Of a stretch of DNA of 64,000 nt, positions 12,951 to 26,128 are shown in pieces. The notes beneath the pieces are model-generated. The model made no database searches, was not told the DNA's origin, and was given only the letters and a program-made list of their open reading frames with translations. How positions within the stretch are numbered: the first letter of the stretch is position 1; every line of letters starts with the position of its first letter. Where the stretch lies: positions 10,292,001-10,356,000 of the forward strand of contig NW_027361715.1 of NCBI RefSeq assembly GCF_039654945.1. Reading direction: 5' to 3'. The position numbers and the translations under genes were made by a program. The stretch is from Dendrobates tinctorius. Taxonomy: Eukaryota.

Positions 12951-15900
12951 AAAAGGACTCCATGCACTGTGACACATGGCACGACAAGGACTCCGTGCAC
13001 TGTGACGCATGGCACGACAAGGACTCCGTGCACTGTGAAGCATGGCACGACAAGGACTCCGTGCACTGTGACGCATGGCACGACAAGGACTCCGTGCACT
13101 GTGACGCATGGCACGACAAGGACTCCGTGCACTGTGACGCATGGCACGACAAGGACTCCGTGTACTGTGACGCATGGCACGACAAGGACTCCGTGCACTG
13201 TGATGCATGGCATGACAAAGACTCCGTGCACTGTGATGCATGGCACGACAAGGACTCCATGCACTGTGACACATGGCACAACAAGGACTCCGTGCACTGT
13301 GACGCATGGCACGACAAGGACTCCGTGCACTGTGATGCATGGCATGACAAGGACTCCATGCACTGTGACACATGGCACGACAAGGACTCCATGCACTGTG
13401 ATGCATGGCATGACAAGGACTCCATGCACTGTGATGCATGGCATGACAAGGACTCCGTGTACTGTGACGCATGGCATGACAAGGACTCCGTGCACTGTGA
13501 TGCATGGCACGACAAGGACTCCGTGCACTGTGACGCATGGCACGACAAGGACTCCGTGCACTGTGACCCATGGCACGAAAAAGACTCCGTGCACTGTGAT
13601 GCATGGCACGACAAGGACTCCGTGCACTGTGACACATGGCACAACAAGGACTCCGTGCACTGTGATGCATGGCACGACAAGGACTCCGTGCACTGTGACA
13701 CATGGCACGACAAGGACTCCGTGCACTGTGACACATGGCACGACAAGGACTCCATGCACTGTGACGCATGGCACGACAAGGACTCCGTGCACTGTGATGC
13801 ATGGCATGACAAAGACTCCGTGCACTGTGATGCATGGCACGACAAGGACTCCATGCACTGTGACACATGGCACAACAAGGACTCCGTGCACTGTGATGCA
13901 TGGCACGACAAGGACTCCGTGCACTGTGATGCATGGCACGACAAGGACTCCATGCACTGTGACACATGGCACGACAAGGACTCCATGCACTGTGATGCAT
14001 GGCACGACAAGGACTCCGTGCACTGTGATGCATGGCATGACAAAGACTCCGTGCACTGTGATGCATGGCACGACAAGGACTCCGTGCACTGTGATGCATG
14101 GCACGACAAGGACTCCGTACACTGTGACGCATGGCACGACAAGGACTCCGTGCACTGTGATGCATGGCACGACAAGGACTCCGTGCACTGTGATGCATGG
14201 CACGACAAGGACTCCGTGCACTGTGATGCATGGCATGACAAGGACTCCGTACACTGTGACGCATGGCACGACAAGGACTCCGTGCACTGTGACCCATGGC
14301 ACGACAAGGACTCCGTGCACTGTGACACATGGCACGACAAGGACTCCGTGCACTGTGACGCATGGCACGACAAGGACTCCGTGCGCTGTGATGCATGGCA
14401 TGACAAGGACTCCGTGCACTGTGATGCATGGCACGACAAGGACTCCGTGCACTGTGATGCATGGCATGACAAAGACTCCGTGCACTGTGATGCATGGCAC
14501 GACAAGGACTCCGTGCACTGTGACACATGGCACGACAAGGACTCCGTGCACTGTGATGCATGGCACGACAAGGACTCCGTGCACTGTGATGCATGGCACG
14601 ACAAGGACTCCGTGCACTGTGACGCATGGCACGACAAGGACTCCATGCACTGTGACACATGGCACGACAAGGACTCCGTGCACTGTGACGCATGGCACGA
14701 CAAGGACTCCGTGCACTGTGACACATGGCACGACAAGGACTCCGTGCACTGTGATGCATGGCACGACAAGGACTCCGTGCACTGTGATGCATGGCACGAC
14801 AAGGACTCCGTTCACTGTGACGCATGGCACGACAAGGACTCCATGCACTGTGACACATAGCACGACAAGGACTCCGTGAACTGTGACGCATGGCACGACA
14901 AGGACTCCATGCACTGTGACGTATGGCACGACAACTCCGTGCACTGTGACGCATGGCACGACAAGGACTCCGTGCACTGTGACGCATGGCACGACAAGGA
15001 CTCCGTGCACTGTGATGCATGGCACGACAAGGACTCCGTGCACTGTGATGCATGGCACGACAAGGACTCCGTGCACTGTGACGCATGGCACGACAAGGAC
15101 TCCGTGCACTGTGATGCATGGCATGACAAGGACTCTGTGTACTGTGACGCATGGCACGACAAGGACTCCGTGCACTGTGATGCATGGCACCACAAAGACT
15201 CCGTGCACTGTGATGCATGGCACGACAAGGACTCTGTGCACTGTGATGCATGGCATGACAAGGACTCCGTGCACTGTGACGCATGGCACGACAAGGACTC
15301 CGTGCACTGTGATGCATGGCAGCACAAAGACTCCGTGCACTGTGATGCATGGCATGACAAGGACTCCGTGCACTGTGACGCATGGCACGACAAGGACTCC
15401 GTGCACTGTGATGCATGGCACCACAAAGACTCCGTGCACTGTGATGCATGGCACGACAAGGACTCTGTGCACTGTGACACATGGCACGACAAGGACTCTG
15501 CACTGTGATGCATGGCACGACAAGGACTCTGTGTACTGTGACGTATGGCACCACAATGACTCCGTGCACTGTGACACATGGCACCACAAGGACTCTGTGC
15601 ACTGTGACACATGGCACCACAAAGACTCCGCACTGTGACGCATGGCATGACAAGGACTCCGTGCACTGTGATGCATGGCACCACAAAGACTCCGTGCCCT
15701 ATGACACATGGCATGACAAGGACTCCGTGCACTGTGATGCATGGCACGACAAGGACTCTGTGCACTGTGACACATGGCACGACAAGGACTCTGCACTGTG
15801 ATGCATGGCATGACAAGGACTCTGTGTACTGTGACGTATGGCACCACAATGACTCCGTGCACTGTGACACATGGCACCACAAGGACTCTGTGCACTGTGA

Positions 15901-16088
15901 CACATGGCACCACAAAGACTCCGCACTGTGACGCATGGCATGACAAGGACTCCGTGCACTGTGATGCATGGCACCACAAAGACTCCGTGCCCTATGACAC
16001 ATGGCACGACAAGGACTCCGTGCACTGTGATGCATGGCACCACAAAGACTCCGTGCCCTATGACACATGGCACGACAAGGACTCCGTG
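12951..16088. repeat. 33-bp minisatellite, ~95 copies
   Basis: Unit GCACTGTGACGCATGGCACGACAAGGACTCCGT. ORF translations show an 11-aa period. Confidence 0.97.
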
Positions 16089-17131
16089 GTCTCGTGATCG
16101 ATTATGTCAGGAGACCGGCGGGGGACACAGCTGTGAGTGGAGGAGCGGCACTGATCGGGGGGTAAGTATTGTATATTTTTAGCTTGTGCATCACTTTGGC
16201 GCCACTATTAAAGAGCTGTCACATAGTGGACTACCCAATGCTTCATAGCACATGCAATTCTCAGTGCTGCTTCCTGCAGTGATTTGTACAATCCAGTTGG
16301 ACAGATGTGGAGCAATCGTAGCGGGATTTTATGCCCCGTGCCTTTTTGTGGTTTTGCAATCGATGCCCAGTTCTTGTGATGCTCATAGATTTGGTCCTTC
16401 AGCTCTTGGTTCGGGATGTCCCCCGTGCTGGATCTGGTTCCCCCTCTCTCCTTACCAGCGGCAGGAATAGACAAGGGCTCCTTTCTGCAGACCAGCTGCA
16501 GTTTGTGTGCTCCGTACTCCACCCATGCTCTCCTGCTGTAATGGACAAGGAGGCGCTTACTAGTGAGGGGGCGACATGGCCGGTGGATGGAAATCTAACA
16601 ATCTAGCCATCCCGGCTTTCTTATTATCTTCAAATATGTAATAAAATAAAACCTGTAATTCTCTTGCATTTTTTGGCTATTTTTTACCAAACATGATTTA
16701 AAAAAAAATGAAAAAAATACATGAAAAGTGTTCCATATTTTCGTGCTGACCCATAGCCAATGTCTGGCCGCTGCATTTTGTTCCACCAGTAAAAAACACA
16801 TGAAAAACACTCCATTTTCTATATTTCCAGCAGATTTTACTTGTGTTATCCACAACCTGACAATGGAGGGTTACAGGGATTTTCTACATTCCAACACTTG
16901 TAGCTTTTGTTATTTTTCTGGAAGAAAGAGGGATTGTGTTTTTTCTTAACAGGCCGAGGTTCTAGTTTTTGATGGAATTGTTTTGGTGTAGCTTTCACTC
17001 GGGACTGACCCCACCAGCAATAAAGAAAGATATGACTGAGCATATCGGCCCTGATTCATCACAGCCATCGCCTAAATCACTTTGAAAAGTCACAAAATTA
17101 TTGTTCAGCTTTTGTCTTTTTCATGCTAGGA

Positions 17132-20100
17132 TCATGGCAGATCAGTGCTTACTGATGGGCTGCAGTGCTCACATGGCAGGTCAGTGCTTACTGATGGGCT
17201 GCAGTGCTCACATGGCAGGTCAGTGCTTACTGATGGGCTGCAGTGCTCACATGGCAGGTCAGTGCTTACTGATGGGCTGCAGTGCTCACATGGCAGGTCA
17301 GTGCTTACTGATGGGCTGCAGTGCTCACATGGCAGGTCAGTGCTTACTGATGGGCTGCAGTGCTCACATGGCAGGTCAGTGCTTACTGATGGGCTGCAGT
17401 GCTCACATGGCAGATCAGTGCTTACTGATGGGCTGCAGTGCTCACATGGCAGATCAGTGCTTACTGATGGGCTGCAGTGCTCACATGACAGGTCAGTGCT
17501 TACTGATGGGCTGCAGTGCTCACATGACAGATCAGTGCTTACTGATGGGCTGCAGTGCCCACATGGCAGATCAGTGCTTACTGATGGGCTGCAGTGCTCA
17601 CATGACAGATCAGTGCTTACTGATGGGCTGCAGTGCTCACATGACAGATCAGTGCTTACTGATGGGCTGCAGTGCCCACATGGCAGATCAGTGCTTACTG
17701 ATGGGCTGCAGTGCTCACATGGCAGGTCAGTGCTTACTGATGGGCTGCAGTGCTCACATGGCAGATCAGTGCTTACTGATGGGCTGCAGTGTCCACATGA
17801 CAGATCAGTGCTTACTGATGGGCTGCAGTGCTCACATGGCAGATCAGTGCTTACTGATGGGCTGCAGTGCTCACATGGCAGGTCAGTGCTTACTGATGGG
17901 CTGCAGTGCCCACATGGCAGGTCAGTGCTTACTGATGGGCTGCAGTGCTCACATGGCAGATCAGTGCTTACTGATGGGCTGCAGTGTCCACATGACAGAT
18001 CAGTGCTTACTGATGGTCTGCAGTGCTCACATAACAGATCAGTGCTTACTGATGGGCTGCAGTGCTCACATGGCAGATCAGTGCTTACTGATGGGCTGCA
18101 GTGCTCACATGACAGATCAGTGCTTACTGATGGGCTGCAGTGCTCACATAACAGATCAGTGCTTACTGATGGGCTGCAGTGTCCACATGGCAGATCAGTG
18201 CTTACTGATGGGCTGCAGTGCTCACATGACAGATCAGTGCTTACTGATGGGCTGCAGTGCCCACATGGCAGATCAGTGCTTGCTGATGGGCTGCAGTGCC
18301 CACATGGCAGATCAGTGCTTACTGATGGACTGCAGTGCTCACTTGGCAGATCAGTGCTTACTGATGGGCTGCAGTGCCCACATGGCAGATCAGTGCTTGC
18401 TGATGGGCTGCAGTGCCCACATGGCAGATCAGTGCTTGCTGATGGGCTGCAGTGCCTACATGGTAGATCAGTGCTTACTGATGGACTACAGTGCCCACAT
18501 GGTAGATCAGTGCTTGCTGATGGGCTTCAGTGCTCACATGGTAGATCAGTGCTTACTGATGGGCTGCAGTGCCCACATGGCAGATCAGTGCTTGCTGATG
18601 GGCTGCAGTGCTCACATGACAGATCAGTGATTACTGATGGGCTGCAGTGCTCACATGACAGATCAGTGATTACTGATGGGCTGCAGTGTTCACATGGCAT
18701 ATCAGTGCTTACTGATGGGCTGTAGTGCCCACATGGCAGATCAGTGCTTGCTGATGGGCTGCAGTGCTCACATGACAGATCAGTGCTTACTGATGGGCTG
18801 CAGTGCCCACATGGCAGATCAGTGCTTGCTGATGGGCTGCAGTGCTCACATGGTAGATCAGTGCTTACTGATGGGCTGCAGTGCCCACATGGCAGATCAG
18901 TGCTTACTGATGGGCTGTAGTGCCCACATGGCAGATCAGTGCTTGCTGATGGGCTGCAGTCCTCACATGACAGATCAGTGCTTACTGATGGGCTGCAGTG
19001 CCCACATGGTAGATCAGTGCTTACTGATGGGCTGCAGTGCTCACATGGCAGATCAGTGCTTACTGATGGGCTGCAGTGCCCACATGGTAGATCAGTGCTT
19101 ACTGATGGGCTGCAGTGCCCACATGGCAGATCAGTGCTTGCTGATGGGCTGCAGTGCCCATATGGCAGATCAGTGCTTGCTGATGGGCTGCAGTGCTCAC
19201 ATGACAGACAGATCAGTGCTTACTGATGGGCTGCAGTGCCCACATGGCAGATCAGTGCTTGCTGATGGGCTGCAGTGCTCACTTGGCAGATCAGTGCTTA
19301 CTGATGGGCTGCAGTGCCCATATGGCAGATCAGTGCTTGCTGATGGGCTGCAGTGCTCACATGGCAGGTCAGTGCTTACTGATGGGCTGCAGTGCTCACT
19401 TGGCAGATCAGTGCTTACTGATGGGCTGCAGTGCCCACATGGCAGATCAGTGCTTGCTGATGGGCTGCAGTGCCCATATGGCAGATCAGTGCTTGCTGAT
19501 GGGTTGCACTGCTCACATGGCAGATCAGTGCTTACTGATGGGCTGCAGTGCCCACATGGTAGATCAGTGCTTACTGATGGGCTGCAGTGCCCACATGGCA
19601 GATCAGTGCTTGCTGATGGGCTGCAGTGCCCATATGGCAGATCAGTGCTTGCTGATGGGCTGCAGTGCTCACATGGCAGGTCAGTGCTTACTGATGGGCT
19701 GCAGTGCTCACTTGGCAGATCAGTGCTTACTGATGGGCTGCAGTGCCCATATGGCAGATCAGTGCTTACTGATGGGCTGCAGTGCTCACATGGCAGATCA
19801 GTGCTTACTGATGGGCTGCAGTGCCCACATGGTAGATCAGTGCTTACTGATGGGCTGCAGTGCCCACATGGCAGATCAGTGCTTGCTGATGGGCTGCAGT
19901 GCCCATATGGCAGATCAGTGCTTGCTGATGGGCTGCACTGCTCACATGGCAGATCAGTGCTTACTGATGGGCTGCAGTGCTCACTTGGCAGATCAGTGCT
20001 TACTGATGGGCTGCAGTGCCCATATGGCAGATCAGTGCTTACTGATGGGGTGCAGTGCCCATATGGCAGATCAGTGCTTGCTGATGGGCTGCAGTGCTCA

Positions 20101-20350
20101 CATGGCAGATCAGTGCTTACTGATGGGCTGCAGTGCCCACATGGCAGATCAGTGCTTACTGATGGGCTGCAGTGCTCACATGGCAGATCAGTGCTTGCTG
20201 ATGGGCTGCAGTGCTTACATGGCAGATCAGTAATTGCCGATGGGCCGCAGTGCTCACATCGCAGATCAGTGCTTGCTGATGGGCTGCAGTGCTCACTTCC
20301 TTCAAGCGCTGCAGCCCATCAGTGCCCACTCATGGGCTGCAGCGCTTACG
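17132..20350. repeat. 39-bp minisatellite, ~80 copies
   Basis: Unit ATGGCAGATCAGTGCTTACTGATGGGCTGCAGTGCTCAC (13-aa period). A 4-bp ACAG duplication near 19205 shifts the phase. Confidence 0.97.
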
Positions 20351-21088
20351 TGGCATAACAGTGTTTTGCGCGCGCCGGGAAAGGTAGCGCCAACATCGCT
20401 TAGGATAACGTTATCTAATGCCATATGTGGGACTAGAGCATGTAAGATTGGGTTGTCCCAATGTACTGTGTATAATGGATCAAAACATAATTTTAAGCCA
20501 ATTTTAATAAAATATTGTAAAATCATAATGGGGGCACATATATGAGCCATGTTTGGGCTTTCTATGGCCTCCTGGTTGGGCTTTACATGCTGCAGGCTCC
20601 TGTACAGATGAATGAATGGCCACACCCTGTATCTCCGTGCATGCCCCCATTACACAGGGCAGGCCGTATAGTTGGCCGGCACGATGAGCGCCCGGAGACT
20701 TGCCGTGCTGCACTGTGTCTCCTGCTCTGCTGTTTGATCCGCATTGATTATAAGATCTAGAACGTTTTGGTGTTTCTTACTGTCGGCTGTATTCCCGAGA
20801 CCTAGAATGCAAACACAGCCGAGCTAATCCATACGTCTGCGTCTGCGGTGAATGCTGATGAGCTTAGGTTTGTACTGGAGCAGGCATGTGTGATAACCAG
20901 CTGTTCCCTGATGCTGTATACCCAGCTCCGTTGATTGTTACAAATTGCTGATTTCAAAAGGAGCTGATCTGTAGTTCCCGGGCTTCCAGAGCGTCTAACA
21001 GCTAAATTATGGAGGTGCCAGGTGTCGGCCTCCACTGATTTGATACTTATAACCTATCATTGTTATTATGAGCCTCTTCAGCCCCTTT

Positions 21089-21861
21089 AAAATCAACTCA
21101 AAACCTGTTCATCAGGAGCTTCATGGCATGGGTTTCCATTACTTAACATCATAAAAGCCTTACATCACCAAGCACAATGCCACTTGTCAGATGGAGTGGT
21201 GTAACGCTGCCACGACTGGAGCAGTGGACGTGTGTTCTGTGAAGTGACGGCTCCTACTTCTCTATCTGACAGTCAGATGGATGAATCTAGGTTTGGCGAA
21301 TGTCAGAAAAACTGGCAGCCTAACAATAATATGGGTCTGTTTTACAAGGCTTGGTCTGGTCCCTTTAAACAGGTTCTCCACTACTTTTTCTTTGACCTAT
21401 ACTTAGGATAGGTCATCAGTGTGTGATTGGTTGGGGTCCGATACCCGGCACCCCTGCTGATCAGCTGTTCTCAGCCGCGGTGGCCTCCAGCCTGAACTTC
21501 TCAATTCTGGAGCTGTTCCCTCATCAAAGCAGCTCCACAATCGAGCAGTTCCGGCCACCGCGGCTGAGAGCAGCTGATCAGCGGGGGTCCCGGGTGTCAG
21601 ACCCTGACCAATCAGACGTTGATGACCTGTCAAGTATAGATCAATGAAAAAGTAGTGGGCCACCTCTTTAAAAGGACCAGACCAAGCCTTCTAAAGCAGA
21701 CCCATATTATTGTTAGAGAAGTGTGAGCCAGTGTTGGTGACTTTATACCACTCCATCTGACACGTGGCATTGTGCTTGGTGATGTAAGGCTTGCATGCTG
21801 TTAAAAAATGGAAACCCATGCCATGAAGCTCCCGACGCACAGGTTTTGAATTGATGTTAAA
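21089..21861. mobile_element. Tc1-derived inverted-repeat element with a T2-type palindromic MITE (21369-21667) at its centre
   Basis: 21089-21364 is an imperfect reverse complement of 21672-21861. The inner element is flanked by TTAA (21365-21368, 21668-21671) and is itself palindromic. Confidence 0.75.
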
Positions 21862-22537
21862 CAGGCTGTCCGGGCTCCTAATAACAAAGATGGTTATCCG
21901 TATCAAATCAATAATGTTATTTGGGGTCGGGCACATGTCCGATTTTTCTTTTTCTTATCGGACCACTGGAAGCCCCCTGCTTCTTCTCCATGTTCCCTAT
22001 GCTCTCCTGCGTACAGCTGGTATTACATGTACGCACACTGTCTGCCACCTTATCATAGCAGCCAATCACAGTGCAGCTCACATTTCACTAAGGGTGTTTT
22101 GAAAATGAAAGCTGAGCTCTGATTGGTTGCTAATGGCAACAGAAACAGACCCTCGTCCAGATAATGGCCCAGCTGTCTGCTGTTTACTGGCAGGGGGCGG
22201 CCATTATTATTAATATGGACAGAAATGTCCATGCTTTTAATGAGAAATGCCATCAGTGGTTTAGTGATTGGTAGTTCTGTGCTTGCTCTGAGGTGGACGC
22301 AGGCAGAGGAGGGCCCTGCTGTCAGAACTGTGAACGGGCCCCTTGTTTGTCATAATGTGTCTGTGACGGGGGGAGAAGTGGCCCTCTCGGGCCCCTGGGC
22401 AACTGCACAGGTCTGATGTAATATTCATAGACCTAGCAATGACTGCTTAATGAGGATGGTAGGGATATACCGTAATCTGCAGCTGCTTTCTTAAAAGAAA
22501 CCTCTGGTTTAAGTAGGGAGAGGATGGGTGTAACGAA

Positions 22538-22831
22538 TAGTGAGGAGCGATCGTGCTCGGATAACGTCTTGTCCGACCATGCTCGGGTGTTATCAGAGTA
22601 TCATGGGCGTGCTCGTATATTATGTTCTAGTCCATGCTGCTGCATGATGTGCGGCCGATAGACAGCCTGAACACATGCGGGGATTGCCTGTTTGTTCAGG
22701 TTGTCGAACAGCCACAAATCATGCAGCAGCTGCTGGGACTAGAACATAATATACGAGCACGCCCAAGATACTCGGATAACACCCGAGCATGGTCGGGCAA
22801 GACGTTATTGGAGCACGCTCGCTCATCACTA
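22538..22831. mobile_element. MITE with TAGTGA(T/G)GAGCGA TIRs (possibly hAT-like)
   Basis: TAGTGAGGAGCGATCGTGCTC ... GAGCACGCTCGCTCATCACTA with internal inverted symmetry. Confidence 0.7.
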
Positions 22832-22983
22832 ATAACAGATTGGTAAAGTCGACTGAGCGCTCATGTGTTCTCTGTGAGAAAGCCTCTGTCAGACATGTAT
22901 GGCGGCAGCTTATCTCTGGGACATCAGAAATCGGACTGGCCTGTTTGTTAAGATCCTATCCCAAATTCCTCCAATTGGAAACG

Positions 22984-23171
22984 TAGTATAGTTTTTCTGA
23001 TTCACTATGCCTCTTTCCTCATGTGCAGGCATTGCAGGACCTTAGGTATCCATGGTTACGACCACTGATATAGTGACACTTAGTTTCTACTGGTCGTAAC
23101 CGTGGATACCTAAAGTCTTGCAATGTCTGCACATGAGGAAAGAGACATAGCGAATCAGAAGAACTGTACTA
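22984..23171. repeat. ~190-bp palindromic MITE-like element
   Basis: Arms of ~80 bp (tagtatagtttttctgattc...ggttacgacca / tggtcgtaacc...gaatcagaagaactgtacta) around a short spacer. Confidence 0.75.
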
Positions 23172-24569
23172 GCAGTCTGTGAAAAGTGGACAACACTCGT
23201 GCTGTCAGATATTTATAAATTCTATATATATAGAATTTTTTTTTTCAGGGACCCATAGACTTGCATTGTAAATTTTTGATCCAACACTCAGATCAATACC
23301 GGACATGTCTGTGATTTAGTGCCGTCCACAAAAAAAAATCACACGTGAAAAGCTCCGTAGACTATGCTAGGTATTTATGTGAAAAGCGGACACCTGAATG
23401 AGCCTTTAGTGTCGACCAAACCTGTCGATAACGGTAGATTCAGCCAACGTTACTTTGTCATTTGCACAGTTGACCCATTTTATTTGATGATTGCCACGTG
23501 TTGCTTCATTGGTGGCTCTAAAGAGAACTTTCTACTAGTGTTTTGGTGGCGCTGATAAGGGTTCGTGCACTTTTTGGCCGATATGTTGTAAGTGTGCCAC
23601 ATGGACTTCATGGGCCAGTGTAAGTCAATGGGCAGTTCACGTGGACCGTCCGATCAATCGTATTTTCCAAGGTCAGACTTGTCAGTTAACGACAAATGGG
23701 TGCATTTAAAAAACGAATGCCATTCGGTCTTCTTGAAACTGTACGTATGTCAAAAATCGGACATACGGACGCCATAATTTTTCTGGCTGGAAAAAAAGAA
23801 CAGCTTTTGTTACACTTGCCTGAACCCAGACTAAAACTTTTTTTTTCTAGCATTTTTCGAGTTTCAAGTTCAAAATAATGATGCCTACAGGAAAAATGGG
23901 GGAAACAGCGTCATGTTAAAAAGCCTGCTCCGATAATATCTTTAAAAAGAAATAAAATACAAATTCATTGAAAAGCTGAAAAAATGTGAACCGCTTGTGT
24001 GAAAAACTATACTTTAGGCCGGTTTCACATTTCCTGATATTTCCGGTAGCGGAGATGCCAGTGTCCATGGGTGTAATACTTGTAGCACATGTGTTGAGCC
24101 GTGCGCGTGCCACATCAGTACCAAAATCACCGGCGCCTGAGAAACAGCGGTACAAGTGCTGGTCCCCAGCGCCGGGTGCTGAAGATGGCCCTCATCATTC
24201 TCCCCTGCTCTGCCGGCGATCAGTGCGAGCAGGGGAGAATGATGAGAGTTACATTCAACTGATTACAGAGACAGCAGGTGATGGCTGATGGGACTATTAC
24301 TCCCATCAGCCTACACCTGCTTCCGATATTAAGGCCTCTTTCCCATGTCCCTGTTTCTGGTACGTGTGGTGATAGTTTTCACACGTACTGGAGATACTTA
24401 TACAGGTAGACATATTAGAAATGTAACAAAACACACTTTTCCATTTTTATTTTTAAAAATAAGCACAGTTATACTCACCTAGTGCCTAATTCCACTGAAT
24501 CCTTCGTCTCCTGTAATAAAACAAAAATTAAAAGCAACAATATCCCTCACCTGTCCGTCGTTTTGTCTA

Positions 24570-26128
24570 CATTCATGGCCAAAAGTTTTGAGAATGACAC
24601 AAATATTATATTTTCACATGATCTGCTGGCCTCTGGTTTTTATGTGTGTTTGTCAGATGTTTTTATCATATACAGAAATATAATTGCAATCATATTCTGA
24701 GTAGCAAAAGGTTATATTGACAGTTATAATGAGTTAATGCAGCAAGTCAATATTTGCAGTGTTGACCCTTCTTCAGGACCTCAGCAATTCTCCCTGGCAT
24801 GCTCTCAATCAACTTCTGGATCAAATCCTGACAGATAGCAGTCCATTCTTGCAAAATCAATGCTTTTATTGTCTGAATTTGAAGGTTTTTGTTTGTCCAC
24901 CCGTCTCTTGATGATTGACCACAAGTTCTCAATGGGATTAAGATCTGGGGAGTTTCCAGGCCATGGTCCCAAAATCTCTATGTTTTGTTCCCTGAGCCAT
25001 TTAGTTATCACCTTTGCTTTATGGCAAGGTGCTCCATCATGTTGAAAAAGGCATTGTTGATCGCCAAACTGCTCTTGGACGGTTGGGAGAAGTTGCTCTT
25101 GGAGGACATTCTGGTACCATTCTTTATTCATGGCTGTGTTTTTAGGCAAGACTGATAGAGAGCCCATTCCCTTGGCTGAGAAGCAACCCCACACATGAAG
25201 GGTTTCAGGATGCTTGACAGTTGGCATGAGACAAGACTGGTGGTAGCTCTCACCTGGTCTTCTCCGAATAAGCCGTTTTCCAGATGTCCCAAACAATCGA
25301 AAAGGGGATTCATCAGAGAAAATGACTACCCCAGTCCTCAGCAGTCCACTCCCTGTACCTCTTGCAGAATATCAGTCTGTCCATGATGTTTTTTCTGGAG
25401 AGAAGTGGCTTCTTTGCTGCCCTCCTTGAGACCAGGCCTTGCTCCAAGAGTCTCCGCCTCACAGTGCGTGCAGATGCACTCACACCTGCCTGCTGCCATT
25501 CCTGAGCAAGCTCTGCACTGCTGGTAGCCCGATCCCGCAGCTGAAACACTTTTAAGAGTCGTCCTGGCGCTTGCTGGTCTTTCTTGGGCGCCCTGGAGCC
25601 TTTTTGGCAACAAGGGAACCTCTCTCCTTGAAGTTCGTGATGATGCGATAGATTGTTGACTGAGGTGCAATCTTTCTAGCTGCGATACTCTTCCCTGTTA
25701 GGCCATTTTTGTGCAGTGCAATGATGACTGCACGTGTTTCTTTACAGATAACCATGGTTAACAGAAGAGAAACAATGATGCCAAGCACCAGCCTCCTTTT
25801 AAGGTGTCCAGTGGTGTCATTCTTACTTAATCATGACAGATTGATCTCCAGCCCTGTCCTCATCAACACCCACACCTGTGTTAATGGAGCAATAACTGAA
25901 ACGATGTTAGCTGGTCCTTTTAAGGCAGGGCTGCAATGATGTTGAAATGTGTTTTAGGGGATAAAGTTAATTTTCTAGGCAAATATTGACTTTGCAAGTA
26001 ATTGCTGTTAAGCTGATCACTCTTTATAACATTCTGGATTATATGCAAATTGCCATTAGAAAAAATGAAGCAGTAGACTTTGTAAAAATTAATATTTGTG
26101 TCATTCTCAAAACTTTTGGCCATGACTG
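24570..26128 (-). mobile_element. Near full-length Tc1/mariner transposon with a DD35E triad (Traveler/TR-like); transposase frameshifted
   Basis: ~39-bp TIRs CA(T/G)TCATGGCCAAAAGTTTTGAGAATGACACAAATATTA, TA on both sides (24568-69, 26129-30), length 1559 bp. Transposase fragments include an HTH/GRPRKT motif, VWGCFS, QHDGAPCH and WPGNSPDLNPIENLW. Confidence 0.93.
24747..25755 (-). pseudogene. Tc1-family transposase pseudogene split over four reading-frame segments
   Basis: ORFs 25552-25788, 25313-25549, 24805-25296 and 24747-24932 carry consecutive parts of one transposase. Confidence 0.9.

Noticed and set aside
12743-20358. Long ORFs of 300-1078 aa in the 33-bp and 39-bp arrays
   Set aside because: Open in several frames (both strands for the 33-bp array), crossed by frameshifting indels, with no unique domains or supported splice structure.
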